Shown here in pieces: positions 50,001 through 63,238 of a DNA stretch of 64,000 bases (its first letter is position 1; each line of letters starts with the position of its first letter). The translations under genes were made by a program, and so were the position numbers. Location of the stretch: positions 95,218,328 through 95,282,327 of the forward strand of contig NC_083411.1 in the NCBI RefSeq assembly GCF_020745735.1. Direction: 5' to 3'. The stretch comes from Hemiscyllium ocellatum. Its lineage: Eukaryota. Under the pieces are notes generated by a model that was not told where the DNA came from, did not search any database, and worked only from the letters and a program-made list of their open reading frames with translations.

Positions 50001-50850
50001 GAATTATCAAAATCTTATCATCAGACATCTTTGACATCACAACCATCAGGAGTCAGTACTGAACTCTTGATATAGCCAGTTGAGCAGTTTAGAAGAAACA
50101 ATACCAAAATTGCATTGTCACCCTCACTGTTTATGATTGAACCTGATAAAGTAAGTTGTTATTCAAAAGAAGACAGTTGAACGTGGAACCATGACATTCA
50201 AAATACCTCATTACAGCATAAAAACAAGAGGATAAAATCTTTTTAAAAATACGTCCACCTTTTCTGTCATGATTTGAGAAGGTAAACAATCTCTGGTAGA
50301 CGTAAATCTTCAGAATTTTCATTGAAGCCAGAGGATGTCCTCAGGAAGGAGCATCTGGGAAACCAAAGATCTATTAAGATGTGGCAATGAACTGTACCTG
50401 AATATTTCATAGTTAGTGGTACTTTCAATGTCACAATATTGCCAGTCATGTATAAAGTCCAGAAGAGATAGAGTAGTGAGATACTATTTTATTTTGTTTG
50501 AAATAAATTTATGAAGAGTTTATTAGTGATGAAGATGCTTGGTGGGGAATGTTGAAGAATGCAGTAAGGACTTGAAAGGATAAATGAAATATTCTCCTCC
50601 CATCAGGATGTAACGAACTGTTACAAAAACACTAATAGCAGAAAAACCCAGCAGCATCTGTGAAGAGACATCAGAGTTAACATTTTGGGTTCAGCGACCC
50701 TATAAAGAACTGTTCTTAGGGCGAGCTAACCAGTGTTATCATCTGTGCTTGCTACCAATACTGGATGCAAATATTTTAGTAGCTGTAATGTGAACTTGCT
50801 CATAACATGAGCCTGCTATCTCAAAATAGGCAATCATGTATCTCAAATAT
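47075..50850 (+). mobile_element. Decayed non-autonomous Gypsy element with two diverged LTRs
   Basis: LTR-like pair ~47075-47245 and ~50530-50850 (shared CTGTGCTT..AATACT..AATATTT.AGTAGCT.TAAT..ATGAGCCTG). gag ATG at 48620, homologous to 37921. Knuckle KCPV..DFCKEVRHFQ. Protease NFKLDAYVSVI. PPT GGTGGGGAA at ~50521. No RT or RNase H seen. Confidence 0.7.
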
Positions 50851-50929
50851 GATGGAACTAGTTATTAGGTAATGCTCTAGTTAAGATTTCCCAGCTTATG
50901 ATTTCAGACAGGATATCCTAATTTGTTCA

Positions 50930-51105
50930 ATGAAGAGGGATGAACTGGATCCCCTTCTTTATTCATCCATCCCTTGATTGGAGGCAACAAGGTTAGTTTG
51001 TTAAAAAATAATACCTTCTTTGATTTATACCTTTCTCTCAGACCAAAGGAATTCAAGTTTTAAAAGATACCAACTTAACCAGGCTTTCCTGAGTTAACCA
51101 AAGAG
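50930..51105 (-). mobile_element. LTR fragment
   Basis: TTAACCAGGCTTTCCTGAGTTAAC is the reverse complement of the motif at ~26950. Confidence 0.5.
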
Positions 51106-51349
51106 TGATCCTTCCTCACGTGGAATTAGTGACATTGACTGGAACCAGCAAGAAGGATTGCTGATAATGAATCAACCCAAGATATCTTAAATTGTTCAGG
51201 TACATGATCACAGCAAAAAAGAACTTTGGATGCTGGAAATCCAAAACAAGCTTAAACGAACATTGCTGGAAAAACTGTTTTTTGTCCACAGATGCTGTCA
51301 GGCATGCTGAGTTTCAGAAGTAATTTCTGTTTTATTTTGTATAAGGTCA

Positions 51350-51515
51350 TCAGAATTACTGGAGCTGTATTCATCCAGGCAAGTGAAGAGAACACTCTTG
51401 ACTAGTACCTTGTAGGTGGTGGACTGGCAAGTCAGGAGGTAAGTTACTTACTGCCAAATTCCTAACCTCTGTCCTGCTCTTGTCACCATAGTATTTATAT
51501 GGTAGGCCCACATCA
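51350..51515 (-). mobile_element. CR1/L2-group LINE fragment
   Basis: Similar to 55765-55930. Confidence 0.7.
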
Positions 51516-52776
51516 CTGTGAATGCAGCAAGCTTGCAGGCCAGGCAATGGTCTATGATAGGTGGTGTCAGTTGCTTTTCTTAACTGAAATGCCTCATAAG
51601 CAGCTCAATTGAGAGCAAAAATTACAACATGCGGAAGATTAGAAAGGAATATTGTAGGTGTTCCATAATGTCAAGAAAAGTTTTGTTATCAGCCAATCAT
51701 GTACCTAATATGGTAGATTGAAATAAAATGTGTAAACGTTTTGTTCCTAGCCTGGCTTAATTGTGCATCTATTATTATGATTGGTCACACTAATAATTGC
51801 TAGAATTCAGCTTGACTTGCACCAGTCAGTGAGTTTCTGATTACAAGATTGATTTGGAAATACAAAACAAGAGTGTTAAATGTATTTAAGATTACACTGC
51901 GACACTGGAAGATTGGAAAACATATTCAGACTGGCAGGTGGCAGATTGAACATTGACGACAGAAAGATTTACTTCATTAAATTAAAGTGGTCCTTCAGGA
52001 TGTGTAATGAGGGCAGAAGTCCTCTGACCTATCCGAGAAACGATAACTGGGAACTATCAATTATTGGATTATATGAGACAAGGGGCTTAAGTACACACTA
52101 TTGAGCAATCTTTCTCACAAATGATGAGTAAAAATTAATTTTGTTTGGAAAAAGAACACTAATCCTATTACTCCAAGAACCAATTTTTAAAATTCATTCA
52201 TGCAATGAGGGTGTCACTGGCTAGGCCAGCAATTTATTGTTCACCCCAGAGGGCAGTTAAGAGTCACCCACATTGCTCCGGATCTGGAGTCACATGTAGG
52301 CCAGACCAGGTAAGGATGGCAGATTTCCTTCCCTGAAGGGGATTAGTGAACCAAATGGGATTTCCCTGACAATTGGCAATGGTGTCATGGTCATCGTCAG
52401 AATCTTAGTTCCAGTTTTTAAAGAAAAATGACAAGATTTGAATTATAGTCCCCAGAACATTTGGTATAGACTGGGCCAGATCCCCTCAAACATTTCAAGG
52501 AAGTGGCCCAGACCCTAACTCTGCTAGTTGCTTTAAACAGGTATAACGTGGATATTCCAGGAGGAATGCAGCTGGTCAAACCACTTAGCTTTAAACAAAA
52601 TGGAATTTATTTACAAATTACAGAATGAAACACAAACCAAAGAGAACAGAATACAAAATAACAATCTATCAGAAAACCCAACAGACTATCCCAATTTAAT
52701 GATGCGGTTCCCTTTTTTGCAATAATCCCCACAAACACCCCTTGGCACAAAAGGTAAAATCAAACAGGGGTCTTAC

Positions 52777-52778
<2 letters not shown>

Positions 52779-52816
<38 letters not shown>
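52779..52816 (+). repeat. (GA)19 microsatellite
   Basis: Direct inspection. Confidence 0.95.
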
Positions 52817-52819
<3 letters not shown>

Positions 52820-53097
52820 CAGCATTGCATACCCTCTCCCATGTAACTGTATCATGGATCAGCAGCCTCAAAACTGTCTGACTGCTTTCAGTGAATAGCC
52901 AGACTGTCAAAAACCAAATCAAACCATAGAAAAACTGAGATGGGAGAACTGGCCACTCCCCTTTCATTGTACAAGTGTTTTTTTTTAAACTTGAAAGCCT
53001 TTTGTCTGAGGCAGTATCTGTTAGCTATAATCAACTTGGCCCTAAAACCATCCAAGCTGCTTTTACGACTTCTCTGAGAAAAGAAAACCAAGGACAA

Positions 53098-53392
53098 AGT
53101 GGTTAGCACAGCTGTCTCACAGCACCAGGGTCCCAGGTTCGATTCCAGCCTTGGGCAACTGTCTGTGTGGAGTTTACATATTCTCCCCTTGTCTGCCTGG
53201 GTTTCCTCTGGGTGCTCCGCTTTCCTCCCACAGTCCAAAGACGTGCAGGTCAGGTGAATTGGTCATGCTAAGTTGCCCATAGTGTTAGACGCATCAGTCA
53301 GAGGGAAATGGGTCTGGGTGGGTTGCTCTTTGGAGAGTTGGTATGGACTGGTTGGGCCAAAGGGCCTGCTTCCTCACTGTAGGGAATCTAAT
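53098..53392 (+). mobile_element. HE1-type V-SINE, slightly 5'-truncated
   Basis: GTGGTTAGCAC..GGTTCGATTCC, V-domain, tail GGGCCAAAGGGCCTG..GGGAATCTAAT. Confidence 0.93.
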
Positions 53393-55304
53393 AACAATAA
53401 TAATTTTGTTAAAGGAGCATCATCATCACACTGTATCTGGGTGTCTGGATTACAGTGCCAGTGATAATACAACAGGCTATCGCCTCTCCAATGGCTGAGG
53501 ATCTTGCTTTCAAAAGTGAGAAATTGTCAGGGGGACATGCATCTGAGTTTCTGTTGTTCACCACATTGGTTAAAAGCATCCTTCCCACTGGAAATAATAT
53601 TTGACCTTTAGTTGAAACTGGCTCCTAGGTGTGAATTATAAATTGTATGAATTGATAGTTAGTCCATACATGTGGATGATGCTGATTGGATGGTTTTTAA
53701 CCACATTTAAAATATATTTATTGACATGGGATCATTACTCTATTGTACTGCTCAGTGCATTTGAAAGCTCGGAGGCATTTAATCAGGCAGGTATTAGATG
53801 GAACTCTGCCATTTTTCCATCTATGCCCTGCTTCAAGTTTGGGACTGCAAGGATCATGCACTGTTTTTCCACCCTAACACCTTATGAACATATGGGCAAT
53901 TGATGGATCATATCCCATTTTAGTTTTTACTTCTTGTCTTTGGAGTTCTTTGTCTTGCTGACCATCTTCTGGTCAAACAAACAGACAAGAAACCATTTGT
54001 GCTAATTGAAAATATCTCAGTGTCATCAACAATAATTTGTAGAATACAATGGACACTCATCCTTAATGAAGCTGTAAGAAACACAGATAATATCATTTCT
54101 TAGCCTGACACAGGAAAGTATCAGATCAGTTTATAAAAGCTCCATATTATCAAGTACTCTATAAACTTCTGAAATTTTAAACAGTGTACTTGAATCTGGA
54201 AAATATTTCAAATAACTGTTTACTTGGATTACAGAGGATTGTTATGTGCCAGATGTGTGCCTAGCCAAGTTCCAAGTACAATTTTAAAGAGAATAGCATG
54301 GAAACATTCTCTTGGGAATACATAATTGTTGTTTGAAACATTTCCTACATTGTGATGAAAGATGAATGGAAAGCATTAAAACATTAAATTAAGGAAGATA
54401 TATGAGGATACAACCTTTCAGCTACCAGCCAGTGTATTAAAACTCACTCTAAGATATCACTTTCCACTGGGTATTAAAAATAAGAAACATGACTGGGTTT
54501 TCTGGACTACACAACATTAACATAAAGAATCATCTGCATGGGATCTTGCTATTCAACATTTTAAATGGAATATTATCCCATTTAAAAGTGCTTGATAATT
54601 CCTTTATTAAAATCTTGTACAGAAATTTCTTACAAGCATCATGACAGATTTGTAATTAATATTGAATGGACTCCAATTTGGAATTTGAATCCTTGAAGAG
54701 CCTTTTTACATGTGCAGATTGTGATTCCCTGACGCTATTGAATGGCTGAGCTTTATTTTAACCTGGAGAATTGTGATGGCTTTCTACCAAATCAAGCCTG
54801 CAAGGAGTAGAAACTAGGGCCAGAAGAGGCTCCAACAAGGTAAGTTTTTAAAAACATTTTATTTAATTTCTTGAGATAGAATGGAGTGTTGCTACAGGGG
54901 GATTTGCTTATTTGGAGCTCTGCACACTCTGATGTACACTAAACCCTAATTGAAAAGGACAAGCTCACAATATCTCTTTACAGGCTATTTACTGTGCCTG
55001 AGCACATGATGGCACAAGGAGACACATGAAGACACTGCATTCTCAGGTGGGTAGCCTTCAGTTACATCAACAAAAAGGAAGCAGATTGACAACATAAAGC
55101 AACAATAAGAGAAACCACACGAGGGAGAGAAAAAGATGTGCCAGAGCTGTGTACAATCACATCAGTTAACTGACAGAAATAAATGTCATGCATTTAGATC
55201 AAACAGCAGAGGTTGCCCAAAGCCGAATCACTGGGCAAAGGTATACAGAGAAAAGAAAGAAAATGGTGAAATGCAACATAGTGTTATCATACTCATAAAA
55301 ACTT

Positions 55305-56590
55305 ACTTGTATTCATTCATGGGACATGGGCATTGCTGGCTGGGGCAACGTTTATTGCCCATTCATGGTTGGTCTTGAGAAAGTGGTGGTTAGCTACATT
55401 CTTGAGCTGCTCTTGTCCATTTGTTACAGGTACACTTACAATGCCTTCAGGGAAGGAGTTTTAGGATTTTACCTAGTGACACTGAAAAAATTGTGATATA
55501 TTCCCAACTCAGGATAATGTGTGAAGACAGTAACTTGCAGGTGGTGTTGTTCCCATGTACATGCTATCCTTGTCCTTCTAGATAGCAGTGATCATAGCTT
55601 TGGAAGGTGCTATAGTAAGAAGCCTTTGTTAATATCTGTAGTATGTCTTGTAGATGGTACACACTGCTGCTACTGTGAGTCAGTCGTGGAGGGAATAAAC
55701 GGTTGTGGATGTGATGCTAATGGAGCATGCAGCTTTGTCCTGGATGGTGTCAAGCTTCTTGAATGTTGGAGCTGCACTCATCCAGGCGAGTGGGAATATT
55801 TCATCGCACCACTGACTTGTGCCTTGCAGGTAGTAGGAAGAATTTGGGGAGTCAGAAAGTGAGTTACTCATTGTAGAACTTCTAGCCTTTGACATGCTTT
55901 TGTAGGCATTGTATTTGTAAGGCTAGTCCAGTTCAGTTTCTGGTTAAAGGTAGTGTCCAGAATGTTGATAGTGAGTGATTCAGACATGGTGATGCCACTG
56001 AATGTCAATGGGCAATGGTTGGATTTTCTCTTGTTGGAAATGGTCATTGCCTGATCTTTGCATGCAATAAACATGACCTATGATTTTCCAGCCCAAACCT
56101 GGATATTGTCCAGGTCTTGCTGCCTTTGGACATGGGACTGCTTCAGTGTCTGAGGAGTCACAAATGTACTGAATATTGTGTCATCATTAGGAAACATCCC
56201 CACTCCTGACCATATAATGGAGGGAAGGTCATTTATAAAACAGATAGTAGGTCTAGCACATTACCCAGAGATTTCCTGGAGTTGAGATAATTGATCTCCA
56301 ACAATTATAACTGTCTTTCTTTGTGCTAGCTGACAGTATTTCTTCAAATTTCCACAGACTCTAGTTTTACTTGTGTTGATTGATGTAACACAGTCAAAAG
56401 CAGCAATGACATCAAGGGCTGTCACTCTCACCTCACATTTGGAATTCAGCTCCTTTGTCCATGTTTGAACCAAAGCTGTAATGAGGTCAGGATCTGAAAG
56501 GCCCTGGCAGGACTGCTCATCAGGAAGCAGGTTATTGTTGAGCAGGCGCAGCTTGATAGCACCTTCCATCACTTTACTGATGATGTGTGT
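55305..56590 (-). mobile_element. CR1/L2-group LINE 3' 1.3 kb (RT remnant)
   Basis: ISKVMEG..DLITALVQTWTKEL..VTALDVIAAFD; KCQAMTIS-like; AWMSAAPT.KKLDTIQDKAA. Confidence 0.85.
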
Positions 56591-57099
56591 CATGCCTTTA
56601 TAAGAATTTAAAGATTTTTAATAACAACATGCGCTCTGCTTATGTAACTCTGCTGGCAGTTAATCTTCTTTTTGTTTGCAAGTTATGCATAGAGAAATTA
56701 GTTAGTTTGCTTTACTGTATGTTTCATAACTTATAACGTACTTTATTGTTTTAATTATGCCATCCCATGAAGTTAATCAATCCGTGCTGAGTGATTTATT
56801 AAACCATTAGGATCAACATGTCACTCCTAGCAACTGTTTCTCTTCCAGAGTTAATGTCTTATTTTTTCTGACAGACTGCCTATGTCTATGATTTTCAGGA
56901 ATATTTTAGAAATGTTTCCTCTCTCAAAGCCAATCTCCATGTTAACATGAATCACATGGTCCACATATCCATGTAGGATTGCTAATTAACTATGCTTCAG
57001 ATCTCAGCTCTTTTTGTAATGGAAATTATTGGCAGCTTAAGATTTAAATGTTTACAAACTGACATTCTCAACACCTTCAAGGAACTTTGGAGAATACCA

Positions 57100-59300
57100 G
57101 TTTAATTGCTGTAGCAACAGCTGCTGCTTCCATTGTCTCTAACTGTGAACACCTAACATCTTCTTCAAAGCAAAAGAACCTGTATATCCCTTTAATCTTT
57201 GCAACCACATTATCCAAACCTGTTGTTCGGCTGGCTGAAGAATGTTTCCTTCATTCCTCCTGAAGTAAAGATATGGTCACAAAACTTTACCATCTTGTAA
57301 ACCTCATAATCATAACAAAGCAAAATGAGGAAGCAGAGAAACCAAAGATTCATGACTTGGAAATAACAAGATTCTGCCATTTTGGTGTTGAGCAGTTGCA
57401 AAGAGTCCATAGTTGATCCTAATAAGCTGTGAGATCAAGGAAGGATTGAAGGCAGTACACACATTGAAAAGTGCCCTCCAATCAGAAACAAGTAACACCT
57501 GATGCAAATATATCCAGAATGTTTTAATGAGACAATTGGATGTCTTGAAAATCTTGACTATCACATGATCATTGATCAAGTGGCAAAACCAATGATCCAT
57601 CAAAACCTAAAGCACGAATAGTATTAAAAGGAAATTTTGAATGAAAGCAGCAAGAGGTTGAAGAAAAGAATGTGATCATCAGAGCCACAGAACCTACAGA
57701 ATGGCAAAATTCCATTGAATTGAAAGAAAATCCCTGGTACATGAGTGAAAAAACAATAACAAAAGCTCTATTATCAGTTGAGACCAGATTTGCCAACATA
57801 GAAAGGCAACTTTTGGAGTGAGATAGATGTGAGAAATTTTATGCATATCTCCATGGGAGAATTTTCATAGTAGAAATTGGTCATCGTCCACTGGAGCAAA
57901 TCTACTTGAAAAAAAACCTGTGTAGAGAATCAGCAAATCTGCAGGAGCTATTCCTGAATCCCCAGGGTATGATTTCACTGTGAAATGCAAATCGCAGAAA
58001 TGGTGTTAGAAAGTTCTGAAGAAGACTGATATCAGACTAAAAAGGTTAAATTTGTTTCTGTATGGACAGATGATGCTGGACCTGCTGAATTTGTCCAGCA
58101 TTATTTGTTTTATTTCAGATTTCTAGCATCCACAGTATTTTTGCTTTTAAATGTTCTACCTTTTTTGTTACATGATAATTCTGAGTTTAAGAGATCCAAG
58201 CATGAAGAAATAGCACTGACTGAACATGTCAATACTGAAAGTGAGTCAAATGAGAGATGACAACACTAAAGACAAAGTGTGACAGATGCTCCCTGCAGGA
58301 GATCCAATGGTATTCTGATAAAACACAACAATCAGACCCAGTAATACAGTATATTACTCAATCAGAGATGACATCTCACTTGATCATGCTGTTCTGCTGG
58401 TATATAGATCCAGAATCAATGGACCCATATAGAGAGAACTTCTCCGGAAGATATGTGATAGCGACATGGGAGTGGATAAATATAATCTCAATACCAGAAG
58501 AGCAGTGCACTGGATAGTCATCTACAAATGTATCAAAAGAATGATATCTATAGGTAATGTGAGCCAGAAGTAATACTTGGTTATAAAGACAATGTCAGCA
58601 GGTATGGAGCAAGCCAAATTGTGAAAGAACAAATTCATTCACGGACAATCAAGAATGCTACCTTAAAGTAGCAGACTATTACTCAAAGACATCATTCAAC
58701 AAAAGGGGAAGCATTTGGTAGTGACAAAAGTTATCTAGTGATACAAGTTTTCTTTGCTGAGCAATACATGACTGAAAGGGCATGAGACAATGTAATTCAC
58801 TTTCCTTCCAAAGAGATGAAGAGATTTGTTGTAAAATTTGGGTTCAAAATGATTCCTATACTAACAGAGGGAACATGATTTCATAGAAAAACACATCCAG
58901 AGATCAAAGGAGTATTCATGAAGAGCTCAGAAACAAAAGATGGCTTATTGTTATTCTGAGCTAGATTCTCAAGGTCAATGTAAAAGTGGCTGCTAAGTTA
59001 ATAAATGGCAGGAAGTACAACTCTGATTAGCAAGTCACATCTTCCAAATGACCAGGAGGACATAATGCAACAACTCATTGCACAGTTCAACTCCTAGGCA
59101 AATTTGCCAAGTCCTTGTCTGAGTTGTTGAGAGCACAGACAGTATTTGTACAGGATTATAACCTAAAAATCTGAATGAGCAAAAATCTTGGTAAATCCAA
59201 GGGTACAAGATCATACATCATCAAAACTGAAACCAATAAGCAAATAAGACGAACAGAGGCCATATTTGAACAACTGACAAAGCTGACAAAGCAGGAAAGA
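57100..59300 (+). mobile_element. Gypsy pol remnant (protease end, RT start, RNase H, integrase) with the RT core deleted
   Basis: YPECFNETIGCL..; IIRATEPTEWQNSI; ETRFANIERQLL..CEKFYAYLHGR..GHRPLEQI..GYDFTVK; RSYIIKTETNKQIRR. Confidence 0.85.
58010..58150 (+). mobile_element. Old Penelope-derived short element inside the Gypsy pol
   Basis: GTTCTGAAGAAG..GACTAAAAAGGTTAA..CCTGCTGA..TCCAGCA..TTTCAGATTTCTAGCATC. Similar decayed pieces at ~7545, 8650, 21260, 46580, 50625, 51215 and 60080. Confidence 0.6.
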
Positions 59301-60139
59301 TTATCAACAACTTCAGTAGCATCGTCAACAAGCAATAAAATATCTTCAGCCATTCAAAAGAATGATTACTATTTAATATTTAATAATTTTATACATCTCC
59401 ATCAAATCTGCTCCAGCTTTTGGCTTGAAGGCAAGCAACTTAACTTCTGTGTGATCCCTCTTCCCCAAGATCATGCTAATATACCATTTCCAAACTGAAT
59501 ACCAAGAAGTCCTGTCCATCAAATGTCTAAAATTGGAAACCGTAGTCCCAATAAGGTGAATTGTTTCCTATCCATTCAACAAAACCTTTTTGTATTCTGT
59601 GTCTGTATTTACGAAGTCCACTGAAAGCTCAGGATTCAGTTTGATGCACTTTTAAAAGCACAGCTTTGTCAGACAAAAGGTCAGGTTGAAAGCCTAGCTT
59701 TTTGACTCTGCTGCTTTCCCTAATTTAGACTGTAACACCTGAAAAAATTGGATTTCACAAGGAACACAAACATCAATCTCATGAACAACTGAGAATATGT
59801 AGAACTAACAGTGACATATTTTATTGTCACATGAATAATATTTTCACTTTCAATATTTAAAATAGAAAAAACCTTCCAGCGAATCAGCATCAACCAAATT
59901 GTCTGCAATAATGTGGTATTACTACTCACACAAGTGGACTTTGTTTACATTCAAATTGCATTTTGTATTGAGTGATGAATATTTCCTCCTTTTAAATTGA
60001 AATTAATGGCACTTATAAATGACCAGAATCAAACATATAGCAGGCAAGTAGTGTTGCAGATATGGGTAACGAAGTATAAAGAACAAATTTGCAAATACAC
60101 AAGAGACCAGGCAGCGTCAGTGGAGAAAGAGACAGTTAG

Positions 60140-61500
60140 TGGGCAGAAACTTAGAGGGGACTGAGGAATATGGCGAGATGTGTGGCAGAATCAGGTGAGG
60201 CCCATGTTGACGTTGGGAGAAATTTCAACTACCTTTCATGCTACTTAAAGTGCGTGGCAAGCTTCTCACGAGGTAACAGTGAGATGCCAATTGATGGGAA
60301 TCAAGGCTTGTTAAACACCATGCTGGCGGCACAACTCATCTTATTAATATTTAGTTTCTCATTGTATTAAACTTGACAAATAAGACCGACATTGGGAAAA
60401 CTTAAAAAGCAAACCAGAGAGGCCAGATTCTGCTTGTTCTCAATGACATGTTGGACAACTGGAACTGAAATTCAAGCATGCTCCAGTTACATGCACCCTA
60501 TATACATGGACATTGGTGACCTAAATGTGCCAGTCTCTAACACCACTCATGCCACATCTGAACCACTTATAGGATGCTTCTACACTTTAATGTTGCACTT
60601 CAGGCTGCACTAGCAACTCTCATTGTAATGCTGCAGCAAGGACGCTGTGTGCACAGAAGTAGGTACCAGCTCATGGCCTGAACTGGAGAGCATCTCTGGG
60701 CTCTTTGCTCCTTGTCATAGAGCTCACTAACTTTGTGCTCTCAGCATTGCTGCCTTGCACTGCCTTGCTTTGTCTTTTTGTGCTTTGCCCTCCTCAACCA
60801 GTGATACCAGGCTCTTATTATATAATTTTGCAATGCCATTTAACACAGACATAAAGCTAGAAAAGCTGAAATAGTTGTCAGCAGGCCTCAGGATTAGTGG
60901 TGTGGGGATTTGGAGCGGGTGACAGTGAGTGAGGAAGATATGGCTCCCAGTAACTGTTTCTCAAACTAATGAGTTTTACCTGACACACTTTGGAGGTTAT
61001 AGAAAGCTACCACAGCCTACTGCGGTCAATTTGATCTTCCCCACATTTGCTGCCCTTGCATAACATTCCAGCACACTGCGTACAACTGATATCCAACCAG
61101 GAAAGGCACGCTTTTAATCTGCACATTACAATAGAATGTTCACTGGTGACACTCGGTGCAGTAAATATGACAGCCTGAATATCCACTGGTGCCATAACTA
61201 ATGGTTTTCAGTAGGTGTGCATTAATGAGCTGAGACATGTGCCACAAAATTTTCAGGAAGCAGTGTCACTTCGCCTGAATGTCAAGGCTGTATCCGTGTC
61301 TTTGATCTCCTCCTGAGTCTCAGTGAGTATAATTGTCAGTATGCAGCCTATTTGCACATTCTCAGGACCAAACACTCAGTGTGAGCATGCACAATGATTG
61401 CATAATATATTTCCAGCATGAGGATAAACTGCACTTGCACAATGAAGTGACACACAGTTGAAATGGCTGTTAAACCAGCTAGCCTGTCTGAATACACTTC
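60140..61500 (+). mobile_element. PIF/Harbinger remnant (nuclease region)
   Basis: TIR-like GGGCAGAAA at ~60141. Decayed N..G.H..N and KFSGS pieces recall HARBI1 NRKGFHSLN..RFPGS. Confidence 0.4.
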
Positions 61501-61574
61501 CACATTAGCATGGATATTCAATTAAATATTTTTGAGATTTGTTTTAATTATGCCACTGATCTAAGTGGATGAAA

Positions 61575-61675
61575 ATGGAATAGTGTAGGATAGATAGGCT
61601 TCAGAGCGGTTCCACAGGTCAGCACAACATCGAGGGCCGAAGGACCTGCACTGTGCTTTAATGTTCTATGTTCTA
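61575..61675 (+). mobile_element. CR1 3' tail of a different subfamily ((GTTCTAT)n tail)
   Basis: GAGGGCCGAAGGACCTGCACTGTGC..TGTTCTATGTTCTA. Confidence 0.8.
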
Positions 61676-61929
61676 ATTCTTAGATTGAAAAAAACAAAAT
61701 CAGTTTTTATGTCAAATTAGCAATTTCTCTGCTACCTCAGTTGATGAAACACCTGCACACAACAAAAATAAGCAAGAACTGTTCAGAGACAGCAGAACAA
61801 TGTCTATTTGGTCTTTGGATTTTCGTGGACAGGAGATACCACTTGCTCCATATCTGAATGTCTTAGTCATAGAAATCCATCTGCAGTGTTGGCAAACACT
61901 GTGACAGTAGAGATGAGGTCCCCAGAGCC

Positions 61930-61957
61930 TGACTAGACCACAGTGCTACTCTCATTA

Positions 61958-61992
<35 letters not shown>

Positions 61993-62152
61993 GACTGGTT
62001 GTGGTTTAACCTGAGGATCATAACTCCTCAGAAGAGGTTGAGAAGATGGTTCCTCCATGGTAACTTCAGCTAGTACAAGGACTGAACCCATGTTGCTCGT
62101 GACACCCTGCATTGCAAATTGTCCATCCAGCCAACTGAACTGACCAAACCCC
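61930..62152 (-). mobile_element. tRNA-derived SINE with an internal (TC)n tract
   Basis: Head GGGGTTTGGTCAGTTCAGTTGG..GGGTTCAGTCC (A/B-box-like); GA tract at ~61957-61989. Confidence 0.65.
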
Positions 62153-62174
62153 ATTGTGATCGTACTGAGTAAGT

Positions 62175-62820
62175 TAAGGTGCATTTACGGAGGAAACATC
62201 CATGTTTCGAAAGCTGATGTTAAAAGAGAAAGAGGAATGCACAGAGCTACGGATGGATTGCACAATGAAGCTGAAATTTGGAGAGATGTCTTTGCATATG
62301 TTTTGATTGACTGCAATACATAAATTTTTGACAATTTCTGAGCAAGCTAATATTGTAATCTTATCGTTTCCAGCAACATACCTCTGTGAACCAGCATTTT
62401 CATCACTGGCATATGTAAAAAACAACAGGAGGGAGTACTTGTCAGTGAACCAAAATTTGCAAGTAGCCCTCTCATTAATTCCTTGCAGATCAAAAGGATC
62501 TGTGGCATAACAGCAGGGCCAGGTTTCCCACTAACTCGGTAAATTGCAATCTCTTTTACTTTGTTTTTGCTCTGATCCATTGTTCATGAATAATTAAAAA
62601 TAGTTGAGTCGAGCAGATTTTGAACATTTGTCTGGGCTCACAGTTTCAGATGATTCATTTTTGCAAGTGGAAATTAAGCGTTAATAATTTTGAATTTTTT
62701 TAACGTGTGTGCCATGTTGCAAACTTCTCTAGTAAGCAAGTAACCAAAGTAAATATGACATTTATGAACAATCAATGCAGCTAAAAAAAGCCTTGACACC
62801 GAAAAGTTTGGGAATTACTG
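62175..62820 (+). mobile_element. hAT (Charlie/Buster-type) transposase C-terminal dimerisation domain and right end
   Basis: ILSFPATYLCEPAFSSLAYVKNNRRE..LQVALS..QGQVSH*. TIR AAAAGTTTGGGAATTACTG ends at 62820. Confidence 0.88.
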
Positions 62821-63059
62821 CTATACAATGTTCAGCTAGTGTGACACAACATTCTATTGATGTCCCTCATCATATGGACTAGGTGAGGAGTCAATGGTGA
62901 GAAAATCACATTCAATCTCAAAGTATTGAGGCACACCCTATGTCCTAACTTCAATAAGGCTATGACAAACATAGAAATCTGGAAGATTGCAATCAAAGAG
63001 GTCTAATTTGACACAAGAGAACGTTTTGCTCGCTTGCCCTGGCTCTCTCTCTGTCCTTC

Positions 63060-63238
63060 TTCCCTGCTCAGTCTCTTTCAATCTCTCCCTGTTTAACTCC
63101 TATATTTTGCCTGTCACTTTCATTCCCAGAGTAAGTTGACACGAGAGAGCTTTTCAATGTTCCATCCTGTCTCTCAGTCTCTCTCTCCCTCTAACCCCTA
63201 CAAGTTATCTGTCACTTTCTATCCCAGACTAATTTGGC
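63060..63238 (+). repeat. Diverged ~100-bp tandem duplication
   Basis: CTCAGTCTCT..TCTCTCCCT..TAAC.CCTA..CTGTCACTTTC..TCCCAGA.TAA.TTG occurs twice. Confidence 0.65.

Larger units (their letters stand above)
52462..53430 (-). mobile_element. Solo LTR containing (GA)n and an HE1 SINE
   Basis: TG...CA termini interrupt a SINE cleanly. TTTATT (AATAAA on the minus strand) at ~52606. Confidence 0.7.
52190..53490 (-). mobile_element. tRNA-headed SINE split by a solo LTR
   Basis: Body at 52190-52461 continues at 53431-53490 (CTGGATTACAGT..GATAATAC..CTATCGCCTC). Homologous to 33055-33402. Confidence 0.85.

Noticed and set aside
14082-59683. Recurrent AAAGGTCA (NBRE-like) sites
   Set aside because: A handful of copies of an 8-mer in 64 kb of AT-rich DNA is about chance level.
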